Of a DNA stretch of 64,000 nucleotides, positions 1 through 10,994 are shown in pieces (the first letter of the stretch is position 1; the number at the start of each line of letters is the position of its first letter). A program made the translations under genes and the position numbers. This DNA comes from Octopus sinensis (taxonomy: Eukaryota). Location of the stretch: the NCBI RefSeq assembly GCF_006345805.1, contig NW_021824954.1:1-64000 (forward strand), in the 5' to 3' direction. The notes below the pieces were generated by a model. That model worked only from the letters and a program-made list of their open reading frames with translations. It did not search any database and was not told where the DNA came from.

Positions 1-304
1 CACAATCCTTCTCCACCTGCTACGATCAACAGCTATAATGCCTTCCCATGTGTCAGGAGAGATGCAAGCATCTCTTAAGGAAGCTTTCAGCAAGTCCTTA
101 TCCTCCTTTTTTGTTTTTGGAGGTCGTTCTCCTTTAGCTAACTCCATAAAAGAGTTTTTTTGACATCCTTGAATCCTTCATCCTGACCAGATGATCACTC
201 CATCTGAGCCTTTGCTTTAACACAAGAGCTTCTATACTTTCACACCGAGAGCCTTCCAATATTTCAAGATCACTGATGCGGTCCTTCCACTTAATGCCAT
301 AGAT
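1..304 (-). mobile_element. RTE-clade LINE (C2H2-tail family), post-RT segment, inverted relative to its own 3' end
   Basis: Minus strand reads IYGIKWKDRISDLEIL...LRWSDHLVRMKDSRMSKKLFYG, then after a frameshift KDLLKASLRDACISPDTWEGIIAVDRSRWRRIV at the window edge. These are typical RTE C-terminal motifs. Confidence 0.85.
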
Positions 305-770
305 CGAGTTGCACATGAGAAAGTAAGGAGGGATATCAAGAAGGGCATCGCTGTTGCACTTCCAGATGGGAAGGGTCTTCCTATGATGCTGACATGCAGT
401 GTCTGTACAAGACTCTGCCTCAGTAAAGCTGGACTCAAGAGTCATCTTCGTAGTCATAAAGCAAGACAGATTAGTGACAACCTGGCCACTGGTGGTGGTG
501 TTACATACCATACCAATCATATCTGTCAGGCATGTGGAAGAGAGTGTAATTCGGCAGGAGGACTTAAACGACATGCAAAGGTACATGAAGCCCAGTTACA
601 ACTACAGCCAGCTATAACCGGTAAAGGCTTTAACTGCCAATTCTGTACAAGACATTGTAGATCTTTGGCTGGGCTAAATAGTCACATTCGATCACGGCAC
701 TAGTAACAGTTAAGCTTCGTGCAATGGCCATACTCGATAACGAGGGGGCAGCTATAATAATAAGTAATAT
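302..770 (+). mobile_element. RTE LINE 3' end encoding three C2H2 zinc fingers, short 3'UTR and (TAA) tail
   Basis: The frame of ORF 383-703 is open from ~302 (DRVAHEKVRRDIKKG...). It has three CX2CX12HX3-4H fingers (CSVC, CQAC, CQFC) and ends in TATAATAATAAG next to TA repeats. Confidence 0.8.
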
Positions 771-913
771 ATATATTTAAACAATATAATATAAATATAT
801 ATATATATATATATAATATATATTTAAACAACATAATATAAATATATATATATATACATATAAACAACATAAATATATATATAGATTTATACAATACATA
901 TATTATAAATATT

Positions 914-1158
914 GTGCTGGTGGCACATAAAAAGCACCATCTGACCATGGCAGTTTGCCAGCCCCGTTTGGTACCTGTGCCGGTGGCGTGTAAATAGCAC
1001 CCACTACACTCACGGAGTGGTTGGCATTAGGAAGGGCATCCAGCCATAGAAACATTGCCAGATCAGACTGGGCCTGGTGCAGCCTTCTGGCTTCCCAGAC
1101 CCCAGTTGAACCACCCAACCCATGCTAGCATGGAAAGCGGACGCTAAATGATGATGAT
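914..1158 (+). mobile_element. RTE LINE 3'UTR fragment, severely 5'-truncated
   Basis: Shares the terminus ...AACCCATGCTAGCATGGAAAGCGGACGCTAAATGATGATG with the long RTE copies at 1451, 45762 and 62467. Confidence 0.9.
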
Positions 1159-1264
1159 TTATATATGAAAATATACATATATCGATATATATGAATATTA
1201 TACATTTATACTATATATAATATACATATAATATATAAGAGATATATAATATATATATATATGA

Positions 1265-1432
1265 GATAGATCGGTAGCCACTACACACATCTTTTTTTTT
1301 CTGTGTCCCTTTCTGTAGAAGAGCGTAGGCTCGAAACGTAAGACTTTTTCAACTCCTGAGTGATATACTAATACATCTGTTTGTTTTGTACATCACCTGT
1401 CTCCGTCTTTTGTTTTTTTCGTGAACTCTCCC
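1265..1432 (+). mobile_element. Penelope-like terminal repeat fragment with minimal hammerhead-like motif
   Basis: CTTT-CTGTAGA-A-GAGCGTAGGCTC-GAAACGTA at 1309-1340. A related copy lies at 45602-45637 with a similar downstream tail. Confidence 0.55.
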
Positions 1433-1450
1433 TATATATATAGATATACA

Positions 1451-3498
1451 CATCATCATCATCATCATCATTTAGCGTCCGCTTTCCATGCTAGCATGGG
1501 TTGGACGGGTCAACTGGGGTCTGTGAAACTGGAAGGCTTCGTCAGGCCCAGTCAGATCTGGCAGTGTTTCTACGGCTGGATGCCCTTTCTAACGCCAACC
1601 ACTCCGCGAGTGTAGTGGGTGTTTTTTACGTGCCACCTGCACAGGTGCCAGACAGAGCTGGTGAACGGCCACGAACGGATGGTGCTTTTACGTGTCACCG
1701 GCACGGGGCCAGGCGATGCTGGCAACGGACACGAATGGATGGTGCTTTTACGTGCCACCGACACGGGGCCAGACAGAGCTGGCAAACGGCCACGAACGGA
1801 CGGTGCTTTTACGTGTCACCGGCACGGGGCCAGGCGATGCTGGCAACGGACACGAACGGATGGTGCTTTTACGTGCCACCGACACGGGGCCAGACAGAGC
1901 TGGCAAACGGCCACGAACGGACGGTGCTTTTACGTGTCACCGGCACGGGGGCCAGCCGAGGCTGGCAACTGACGCGAACGGATGGTGCTTTTACGTGCCA
2001 CCGACACGGTTGCCAGACAGAGCTGGCAAACGGCCACGAACGGACGGTGCTTTTACGTGTCACCGGCACGGGGGCCAGCCGAGGCTGGCAACGAACACGA
2101 ACGGATGGTGCTTTTACGTGCCACCGACACGGGGGCCAGGCAGAGCTGGCAGACGGCCACGAGCGAATGGTGCTTTTACGTATCACCGGCACGGGTGCCA
2201 GACGAGGCTGACAGCGGACATGAACGGATGGGTCACTTAACCCCTGCTTTCTGATATATGATTTGATTTTGATTGTTCTCACTGGTCTTGCCGGGTCTTC
2301 TCACGCACAGCATACTTCCATAGGTCTCGGTCTCTGGTCATTTCCTTGGTGAGACCTAGAGTTCGAAGGTCGTGCTTCACCACCCTCGACCCAGGTTTTT
2401 CCTGGTCTACCTCTTCTACAGGTCCCCTCAACTGCCAGGGTGTGGCACTTTTTCACACACCTATCTTCATCCATTCTCACATGACCATACCAGCGCAATC
2501 GTCTCTCTTGCACACATCTGATGCCTCTTAGGTCCAACTTTTCTCTCAAGGTACTTACACTCTGTCGACTATGAACACTGACATTACACATCCAACGGAG
2601 CATACTAGCTTCATTTCTCGCGAGCTTACGCATGTCCTCAGCAGTCACGGCCCATGTTTCACTGCCATGTAGCATGGCTGTTCGTACACATGCATCATAC
2701 AGTCTGCCTTTTACTCTGAGCGAGAGGCTTTAGTCACCAACAGAGGTAGGAGCTCCCTAAACTTTGCCCAGGCTATTCTTACTCTAGCCGTTACACTTTC
2801 AGCACCCCACCCCCACTACTGACTTGGTCACCAAGATAATGGAAGCTATCAACTACTTCTAGTTTTTCCCCCTGGAAAGTGACGGAAGTTGTTTTCTGCA
2901 GATTCTCAGAGGTTAATGCTCCCGAGCATCTGCCACATACAAAAACCATCTTCCTAGTTAGCCTTCCTATGACATTGCTGCACCTCTTATGTGTCCATAG
3001 CTTACACTTGGTGCATCTTATAGAGTTTCTACCTACACCTTTTCTACAGATCGAGCAGGGCCAACTACCTGAAGGCGTTTGTGATTTGTCTACCTTCCTA
3101 CTTATTACGACTTTGGTTTTAGCTAGGTTGACTCTAAGGCCCTTCGATTCTAAACAATGCTTCAACACCTGAAACTTCTTCTCCAGTTCTGATAATGACT
3201 CAGCAATTAGAGCAAGGTCATCAGCATAGAGGAGCTCCCAGGGGCATCCTGTCTTGAATTCCTCCGTTATTGCCTGGAGGACTATGATAAATAGGAGGGG
3301 GCTGAGGACTGAGCCTTGGTGGACCCCTACCTCCACCCGGAATTCTTCACTGTACTCATTGCCAACCCTCACCTTACTAGCAGCGTCCCTGTACATGGCT
3401 TGCACAGCTCTCACTAACCATTCATCTATTCCTAGTTTCCTCATTGACCACCATATGAGGGATCGGGGGACCCTGTCGAAGGCTTTCTCCATGTCAAC
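1451..3498 (-). mobile_element. RTE LINE (PHD-in-RT family), 3' non-inverted part: RT C-half, PHD finger, 3'UTR VNTR, (GAT)n tail
   Basis: ORFs 2791-3492 (MEKAFDRVPRS...HQGSVLSPLLF...YADDL) and 2301-2675 (LHGSETWAV...RRLRWYGH). The (CAT)n tail on the plus strand is at 1451. Confidence 0.95.
1610..2240 (-). repeat. About 10 x 60-62 bp tandem repeat in the RTE 3'UTR, partly alternating two unit types
   Basis: GGTGCTTTTACGTG(C/T)CACC recurs at ~1618, 1681, 1741, 1802, 1862, 1923, 1984, 2046, 2107 and 2169. Confidence 0.95.
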
Positions 3499-3503
3499 CA
3501 GAG

Positions 3504-5072
3504 AGATAAAGTAATTGAGGTAATCAGAGTATGCGACAGAATACTTAAGATTAGATTAGCGCTTCATCATAGTTTAGCAACCATTATATCAGCCTATGCT
3601 CCTCAGTCGGGGCTACATGATGGACAGAAAGACCGATTCTATGACACTCTACTGCAGACTACCTCGTTGACGAACGACAGAGACCTTCTCTTTGTGGCTG
3701 GTGACTTCAATGGTCACGTTGGACGACATGCTGGGGGCTTCCACGGCGTACATGGAGGTTATGGCTCTGGTTCCCGCAACGAGGAGGGAACCAGGCTGCT
3801 GGAGTTCTGCGATGCAAATAATCTTATGATTTGCAACACTAACTTCAGGAAACCTACCAGCCACCTAGTCACTACCGATCGGGCCAACATACCAGCCAAA
3901 TTGACTACATCCTTGCCAGGCAAAGGGAGAGATGGCTACTTATAAATGCCAAAACCTTCCCAGGCGAAGAATGTACCCCACAACATAGACTGGTAGTTAG
4001 TGACTTTAGGATCAGGAGTAGGAGGACAACCAGAAGGCGACCAACATGGAGAAGAAGGATCTGGAAGCTTAAGGATCCTGTGAATGGACAGAGATTTAGA
4101 GACATGTTACTTGAAGCCTTTGACGAAGTAGAAGGGGATAGAGTATCACATGGGGTAGAGGACAACTGGACGTTTCTAAGGGACAACCTGCTGAGAGCCA
4201 CTGACCAGATCTGTGGCTGGTGCGAAGTCCCCTCTCGTCCCAAGGTAACGTGGTGGTGGAACAGTGTCGTAGACAGGGCTATTAGAGAAAAGAGACAAAC
4301 TTGGAAGCACTGGAAGAATGGTGGTAGCAGGGAATTGTATCAGACTGCTAAAAGGGAAGCTAGGAGACAGGTCTATCTAGCCAGAGGGGAAGCAGATAAG
4401 AAAAAATTTGCCAATGTTCTGCGCCGTGAGGACCAAAGACTGGAGGTGTTTCGCGTTGCAAGACAGTGTGTGAGAGAGAATGTGATGTGGTGGGAGAGAA
4501 GTGTGTTCGCATGAAGATGGTTCACTTGCGCTAAACGAGGATGCAAAGAGAGAGGCTTGGAGACGCCACTATGAAAGGTTGCTGAATAAAGAAAATGAAT
4601 AGGATAAAGAGAGTCTGCCGAACGTTGACCCAACAGAGGGACCAGCTATCAGGGTTGATAGTTCCTTGGTAGCTAAGGCAATTAGAAGCATGAAGACAGG
4701 GAAAGCCCCAGCCCATCAGGTATCACTGCAGAGATGCTCAAAATATCTGGTAGTGTCGGCTATAGCCTAGTCACCTGTATAGTTAATCAGGTGATACATG
4801 AAGGAGTCATACCCAATGACTGGTGTAGCAGCATAATAGTCAACTGCTACAAAGGTAAAGGTGATGCCCTAGATACAAATAATTACAGAGGTATCAAGCT
4901 GTTGGATCAGGTGATGAAGGTTAGAGAGAGGGTCATAAGCCAACTAATTAGAGAGAGTTAGTTTAGATGAGATGCAGTTTGGTTTCGTGCCAGGAAAAAG
5001 TACCACTGATTCTATATTCCTGGTAAGGCAGCTGCAGGAGAAATACCTAGCCAAAGATAAGCCCCTGTACCT
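3504..5072 (+). mobile_element. Inverted 5' part of the same RTE insertion (APE endonuclease to RT N-half)
   Basis: Carries VAGDFNGHVG (APE), then NYRGIKLLDQVMK and MQFGFVPGKSTTD. It ends at AKDKPLYL, about 7 nt before the point where the minus segment starts. Confidence 0.95.
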
Positions 5073-5475
5073 ACATATATATATATATATATAAATATAT
5101 ATATAATATAATAGATATACATAATATATGGCCACAGCTGTGAGCTGAAACTAGAGAGAAAAAATAGATATATATTGAAAGAACTTACAGGCTGAAGTAA
5201 GATATGTGAATGCTTTTGGAAAGTGATCTCTAGATGACATCTTGCAGGTTTTCCTGTTATCTTGTACTATGTAAAAATTCTGAACTACAGAACTCTGTAA
5301 AATTCAAGGTGGCAATATGTGTCACTGTGGAGGCAACCAAATGGTATACCATAAGTACTGACAAAACTTTCAATTTCGCAATTCACGTTATGAAAGTTTC
5401 ATACTTAAAACTGTCAATCTTAATTTATATTTGAACAGCTATTAAAGGAGAAAGCATTTTACTGTCACTCCTTAC

Positions 5476-5955
5476 CTCAGTCTACTTGTAGCCAGGATGG
5501 GTGAAGTTAAATAACACAAAAGTTACTGCAAGGTTTGAACTAATAACACTGGTTAACAAAAATGTTTTATACTCATTATGAATGCAAACCAACTTTTACA
5601 GACTAATTTCAAAATTTCACTCTATTTATATGCAGCACCGATCATGGTGAAGTGCCCAGCTGTAGTCAGCCAGCATACTGTCATTCCAGAAGCTTTGGTA
5701 CCGTTTCTCTATAGCACTTACGTCCTGGTGAAATCCTTATCATGTTCTTTAGATACTGCTCCAATGTCATCTGAAGAAATCCAACTTGCTATTTCACCAG
5801 AAACAATAGAGAAACCCAATTTCACTGAAAAGCCAAGTCCCAACATGGCCTCAGCTAGAGACTGAGGTAATTGAAACGATATACTTGGTAATGATACAAT
5901 AAATTTATTTTCTCACAGCGCATTTGAGTGACAGGCTTCTAACAACAGTATGAAA
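5476..5955 (-). other. Possible distal non-coding exons (5722-5955 or 5722-5861; 5476-5525)
   Basis: Minus-strand acceptors TTTCTCTTCAG| (5955) and AAACCTTGCAG| (5525) pair with donors GAC|GTAAGT (5722) and GAG|GTAAGG (5476). No transcript evidence is available. Confidence 0.3.
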
Positions 5956-6884
5956 CTGAAGAGAAATTCTTTAACACAATGAATTAAATATAAATTAGAA
6001 CTATCTCATGTAGGGTGCAATTGAAATGGTATCAAAAATCTATACATTCAAAATGCCTCAGAATAAAGTTATACTATTTTACATCCAGAGTACAATTCCT
6101 ATTGAGGTCAGCTTCACCTATCATCCTTGCAGGGTTGTTTAAGTAAATACTAGTCACATATTGTGGTTAACAATGTAATTTGCTGTATTTTGTGTATTTC
6201 AAAATACTTAGTGGTACTTCTGGCTCTTTACATCTTTTAGCTCAAATTTGCCTTTCATGGTCGATTACAATTTAGTTATTATCATTCAGCTCTCATTTCC
6301 AGGTTGATAAAATAAAGTACCAGTCAAGTATTCCAGCTAGTTTAATTGACAAGCCCTCTACCCTAAAACTGCTGGCCTGGTGTCAAATTTTGAAACAATT
6401 AAAACAAGCAGTTTCCTGATTACCGATTTGTGAGAGCCAGCCATTTCTTTCAAATCCAAAACAAATCTTGGTAAAATAACAGGGTACCTTTCAGCTCATA
6501 AACTGCAATACAAATATCTGGCTGGCAGTTGGAGCCTGGTGGAACAAACCTAAAAAATCAAGGCTTTTTGTGATTAGTCCTCTTTTAACAAGTGTAGAAT
6601 ATCCAAATTCATACTACCTATCACAACATAATAAGGATATAAAAGCAATTAATCTTCCTCATTAGATTGTGCTCATCAGATGTGTAGTTGAACAGTGCCA
6701 AAATTCAAAACCATGAAATTCAATCATCTAACAAGCATTGGGCATGTCTCATCCCATCAGTAGTCACAGCACAACTTAGAGTTTAAAAAGATCAGTTTAT
6801 CCCTGTGAGTCACCTCAAATGATGACATGCTAAAAAACTATCAATGAATATAGACCTTTCAAAAAAAAAGTGCATGCATGACTG

Positions 6885-7195
6885 TGCACTAAGTTTGCTC
6901 CCCAACCACATGGTTCCAGGTTTAGTCCCATGGCAAGTGTCTTTGACTATAACCTCAGACCAACTGAAGCCTTGTGAGTGGATCTGGGAGACAGAAACTG
7001 AGAGAAGCCTGACGTGTCTTTGTCCCTCTCACATCACTTGATAACCAATGTTGGTGGTTTTATGTCCCCACAACTTAGCAGTCCAGCAAAAAAGACCAAT
7101 AAGTACCAAGCTTACAGAGATTAAGTTCCTTGGTTGATTTCTTCAACTAAAAGGCAGTGGTCCAGCATAGCTGCAATCAAAGTGACTAAAACGTG
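6885..7195 (+). mobile_element. Old, degenerate tRNA-derived SINE of the same family as 23623-24037
   Basis: Colinear with the 23.6-24.0 kb SINE (CCACATGGTTCC..., CCTTGTGAGTGGAT..., TCCAGCAT...). Confidence 0.75.
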
Positions 7196-7744
7196 CACAT
7201 TTCATGGGAAGCCAACTTAAATAGACTGAGCTAATTAATCTTTCATCTGCACAGAAAGTGTTTTTAGTACCATATTTGTCATGATTTTGTTTTTGTACGA
7301 GTGCATCAGCTTGTCTAACTCCCAATAAAGATGGTCATAATTAAACATCTCAATTTCAGACTATTTTTGCAGCTTTTCAGCAATCAAAAGATTTCTCTTT
7401 ACCTAACTAGATACTTGTAAAAATATTAAATTTTCATATGTTTAACAAAATCAAGAACAAAGCAAATTTGTATATACTAGCAGAGGGATTACAGAACCCA
7501 CCCCTACCAGAATTGCAATACCACATACTTAAATTTTGAATACAGAAACTCAATTCAAACATGGATGCCCTTTATTTAACCGAAATCACAAGGGTAACTT
7601 CATAAAAACTTGACAGAGTTGAAACAAGTGGCTGAAACTATTTGTCACCATAAACTTTTAAGACACATCTGCTGACAAGCACTTTGAATTAAGATTTTAA
7701 ATCACTTACTTCCCCAGCATTTATTGAAATAAAACCAGCACAGG

Positions 7745-8257
7745 CAGAAATTATTAAATAAATCTTTATTAAAATCATTTAGATAAAAAGTTCTGAAAAG
7801 AGGCTAATAGCCGCTTGTGGACTCCCCGACTGGATATCTGGTAGAAATCTTGGGATCATCTACTGCACCTTATTACTTAGCTTGACCTAAGCTTACACCT
7901 TTCTGAAAATAAAAGAATAATTTCTCAGCAATGCAAATTTATGAAACAAGGTAGGAAAATATAAAAGCAAAAGTTTCCACAGAAAAAGAAGTTAACTTAC
8001 AAATTTGCAGTACTTTCTCGGAGAGTCCAAACTGCACCTTCAGTCATCAAGGAAGCCAATCCACTTGGTCACTAAGACTGCATCTTGCTACAAAACCAAC
8101 TCCTGGAGCAAATAAGAAATACTAAGCATTAGATGCAGTTAGTAAAGAAACTGCAGTCCTTCCGAGATAATACTCCAGAAGGAAGACAAAATTCAAGTTT
8201 TTAATCACAACCGCTAAATTTGGTTTCTTTTTGGAGTACCAAATCGTTTTAGTATTG

Positions 8258-8298
<41 letters not shown>

Positions 8299-9803
8299 AA
8301 TCTAAAATGTTATCGAAATGAGCTTGTTGCTGACAAACAGCTTCCTTCACCAAATGGAAGTACAATCTGTTGAGCATGATCAAAATATATTTTTGGTTGT
8401 ATTATAAACGTATGCAAATGTTATGCTTACATGATGTTAAATGATTCACTAGTGTTTTCGTTTTTTTTTTTTTAAAGCTTCCCAAAAAAATAAGCTATGA
8501 ACTATGGAAAATTTCGACAAATCTACAAGTTGACAGTCGAACATTGATAAGACAAAAATACAAAGTGAAATGATCGACGTAAGGGACAAGCTAGAAAAGT
8601 TAATCCTACCTACTGAGCAGTAAGCTCAGTTGTATTCCCAATGGCTGTTCTCATTGCTCTCACCTATCAATCACCATTTCCCTGATGCAGTTCACATAGA
8701 TTGAAACTAGTTTCAAGTTGATAGTGTCAACCTTTACTTGATCTTCCTCATAGTCACCTAGCTTCCATGCTGTTCAGTAGTAGTAGTAGTAGGATAGGTA
8801 GAGGTAGTAGTGACAACTAGCATCGCATATGCCTCGTATAAACTGCTAAGGGCTAATCCTGAAATCTTAAGACCAGCTAAATTAGCAAGTTCTAGTTCAA
8901 AGAGCTGAAAATAAAGCAGGTTTAATACATTTAAAGTCATTTAAGACACTGAACTGTTTGTTAAATAATAGTTAAATAACACTAAGTCTTATGTAGATGT
9001 TTATATTAAACCATTGCTCAAGTTTCTAAAATGTTTTAAACTGACATTAAATCGTACATTTATGTTAGTACTACCAATTTCTTTTTATATTATAGTGGAG
9101 GCCTAATGCCTTTAGAATATACAATATATCAGATAAAGAATAAGTAAGTCATCCATACATTACCATTAATTAGGTTAAATTGAACCACCCAAGACTTATT
9201 ATATTACAGACAAATTCACACCTAATTAGTATATAGTCACTTACCTCAATTCCCCAGACATACTTAGAGTAGCGAAAGGCACTAAATGTACTGCTGACAA
9301 CTGCAAATAAGCTCATCTTATCTATCAAACAATACTTATGCCATATTGACCTGAAAAGTAGACTGGTACTGGGTGAAATGACAACAGTAGTAGTGTTGGT
9401 AATGGTTGTTGTTGTAGTAGTAGTAGTAGTAGTAGTATAAACAAGATGACTGACTGCCGACTGACTTACCTACCTACAAGGGTGGCTTACACTAAGATGC
9501 AGCAACCGGGAAGAAAGCAAAATTAAAATTCCCCCAGCACACCCACCTGGCATGCAAACAGTACAGAACTCATCCCTTTCAGCACCGACCTTACCACACA
9601 TGAAAAGGGGCTGGGTGGGGGATCAGGAGAAAGAACGGTAATTTTCATGGTCATGATCAGCTGAGAATAATGTGAAAACTAGGGATGGAACGAAAGTTAA
9701 AACAGACGGTGATAGGGCCATGTGTAAAAAAAAAATTACAGAAGCTCATGCAGAAAGTGGAAGCAAGAAAATCTAAATCGAGTTAATTCTAGAAATACTT
9801 ACC
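7745..9803 (-). other. Putative non-coding 3'UTR exons of the hnRNP A gene
   Basis: Donors TAG|GTAAGT (9803, 9470), GAG|GTAAGT (9245) and TTT|GTAAGT (8001). Acceptors CTTATTTGCAG| (9300), TTATTTGCTCCAG| (8102) and CTTTTATTTTCAG| (7902). Terminal AATAAA at 7765-7770. Exon 8001-8102 has stops in all three frames. Confidence 0.5.
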
Positions 9804-10955
9804 TAACACGAAACTAAACATGACACTAAGTTACTTAAAACAGTAAATCTGCTTGAGGCTAGGTGTATGACTACATCATAGTTCACGTGGTGACCAGCAG
9901 GTCAAAGTTCTGCTGTGATTGTTGATTACAAATACAGATGGTTGACCAGCAACTAATTTAGCGAAAAGTTTAGCAGTTATGAAGATATATACAAATTCAC
10001 TCATACATATAATTATACACACATACTATACATATATAACAGACACAGAATTAGCGACATGCCGACCAAGCAAGATACTAGACATTAACAAAACACGTCA
10101 ACTGTATATGGTGGGTGAGTCTAGTGAAAAGGTCGGAGGTTGGGGGAAAAGAAAAGTGGAGGTTTAAACGAGGTGGTAGGGATTAAGCAAAGTGAAGGTA
10201 AGAGGATGAGTGAAATTTAATAACCAAGTGGCGGCAACTGAAATACTGTTGAGGCTCTTAAACTATCTTGACTAACATGGAAAAAGACCAAACAGGAAAT
10301 GATAATACTATAAAAAAAAAAAACTAACCGACAATTTGTCTAGACAAAATGATGAAATCTAGTTCAAGTTTGTAAATTTTTTTATTTACAAGATACATCT
10401 CAACCAGCAAGTTTGCTGGGGGTAGCCGAAGATAAATGGCTGCTGCAACAGTATTTCATTGGAGTGGCCCTCACTTTCTACACTTAGTAGCTTCTAGTAG
10501 TAATTTTCCTGGAGAATCAACTATAAGACAGTGGCTGGATCAGGTCATAAAAGAATAGACAATTAAAACACGTAAGTTGGTTGGCTCATTTCCTTTTCTT
10601 CAGTAATTAAATTAGAAATTGTAAATAAGATGTAAAAGGGGGCGAAACTGACCATCACCAAAGCACTGCCTTTTGTTTAAAGTCCAAGTTACTCACCACT
10701 GGCTACTCCTTGACCCCTTTTTAAAAAATACATTTGAAAAAAATTGATTGTAGACTGAACTCTAAAAGTAAATTATTAAATAAAGTGTTTATTAGAGACT
10801 TCAATACATGTACTGTGGCCTGTATAAGGTTATTTCATGATATGAAGTGATAAGGGAGGAAAGAAAATGAAGTTACATAAGATGGAAAAAAAAGTACATA
10901 TGTCCATAAAGGAGAAAGCACTAGGTCTCTGATTTTATTTAGCATTATGATGGTG

Positions 10956-10994
<39 letters not shown>

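Noticed and set aside
383-703. C2H2 ORF as a host zinc-finger transcription factor gene
   Set aside because: It lacks TGEKP linkers and sits between RTE coding sequence and an RTE-type tail, so a LINE C-terminus explains it better.
1610-2240. CRISPR-like appearance of regularly spaced repeats (also 14885-15172)
   Set aside because: The context is eukaryotic, the spacers are homologous to each other or pure TA, and there are no cas genes.
5722-5861. Open frame SLAEAMLGLGFSVKLG...DFTR as a coding exon of another gene
   Set aside because: It resembles no protein I recognise, and no compatible coding exons were found nearby.
8775-9437. (TAG)n tracts as hnRNP A1 UAG binding sites
   Set aside because: On the gene's transcribed (minus) strand they read (CUA)n, not UAG.
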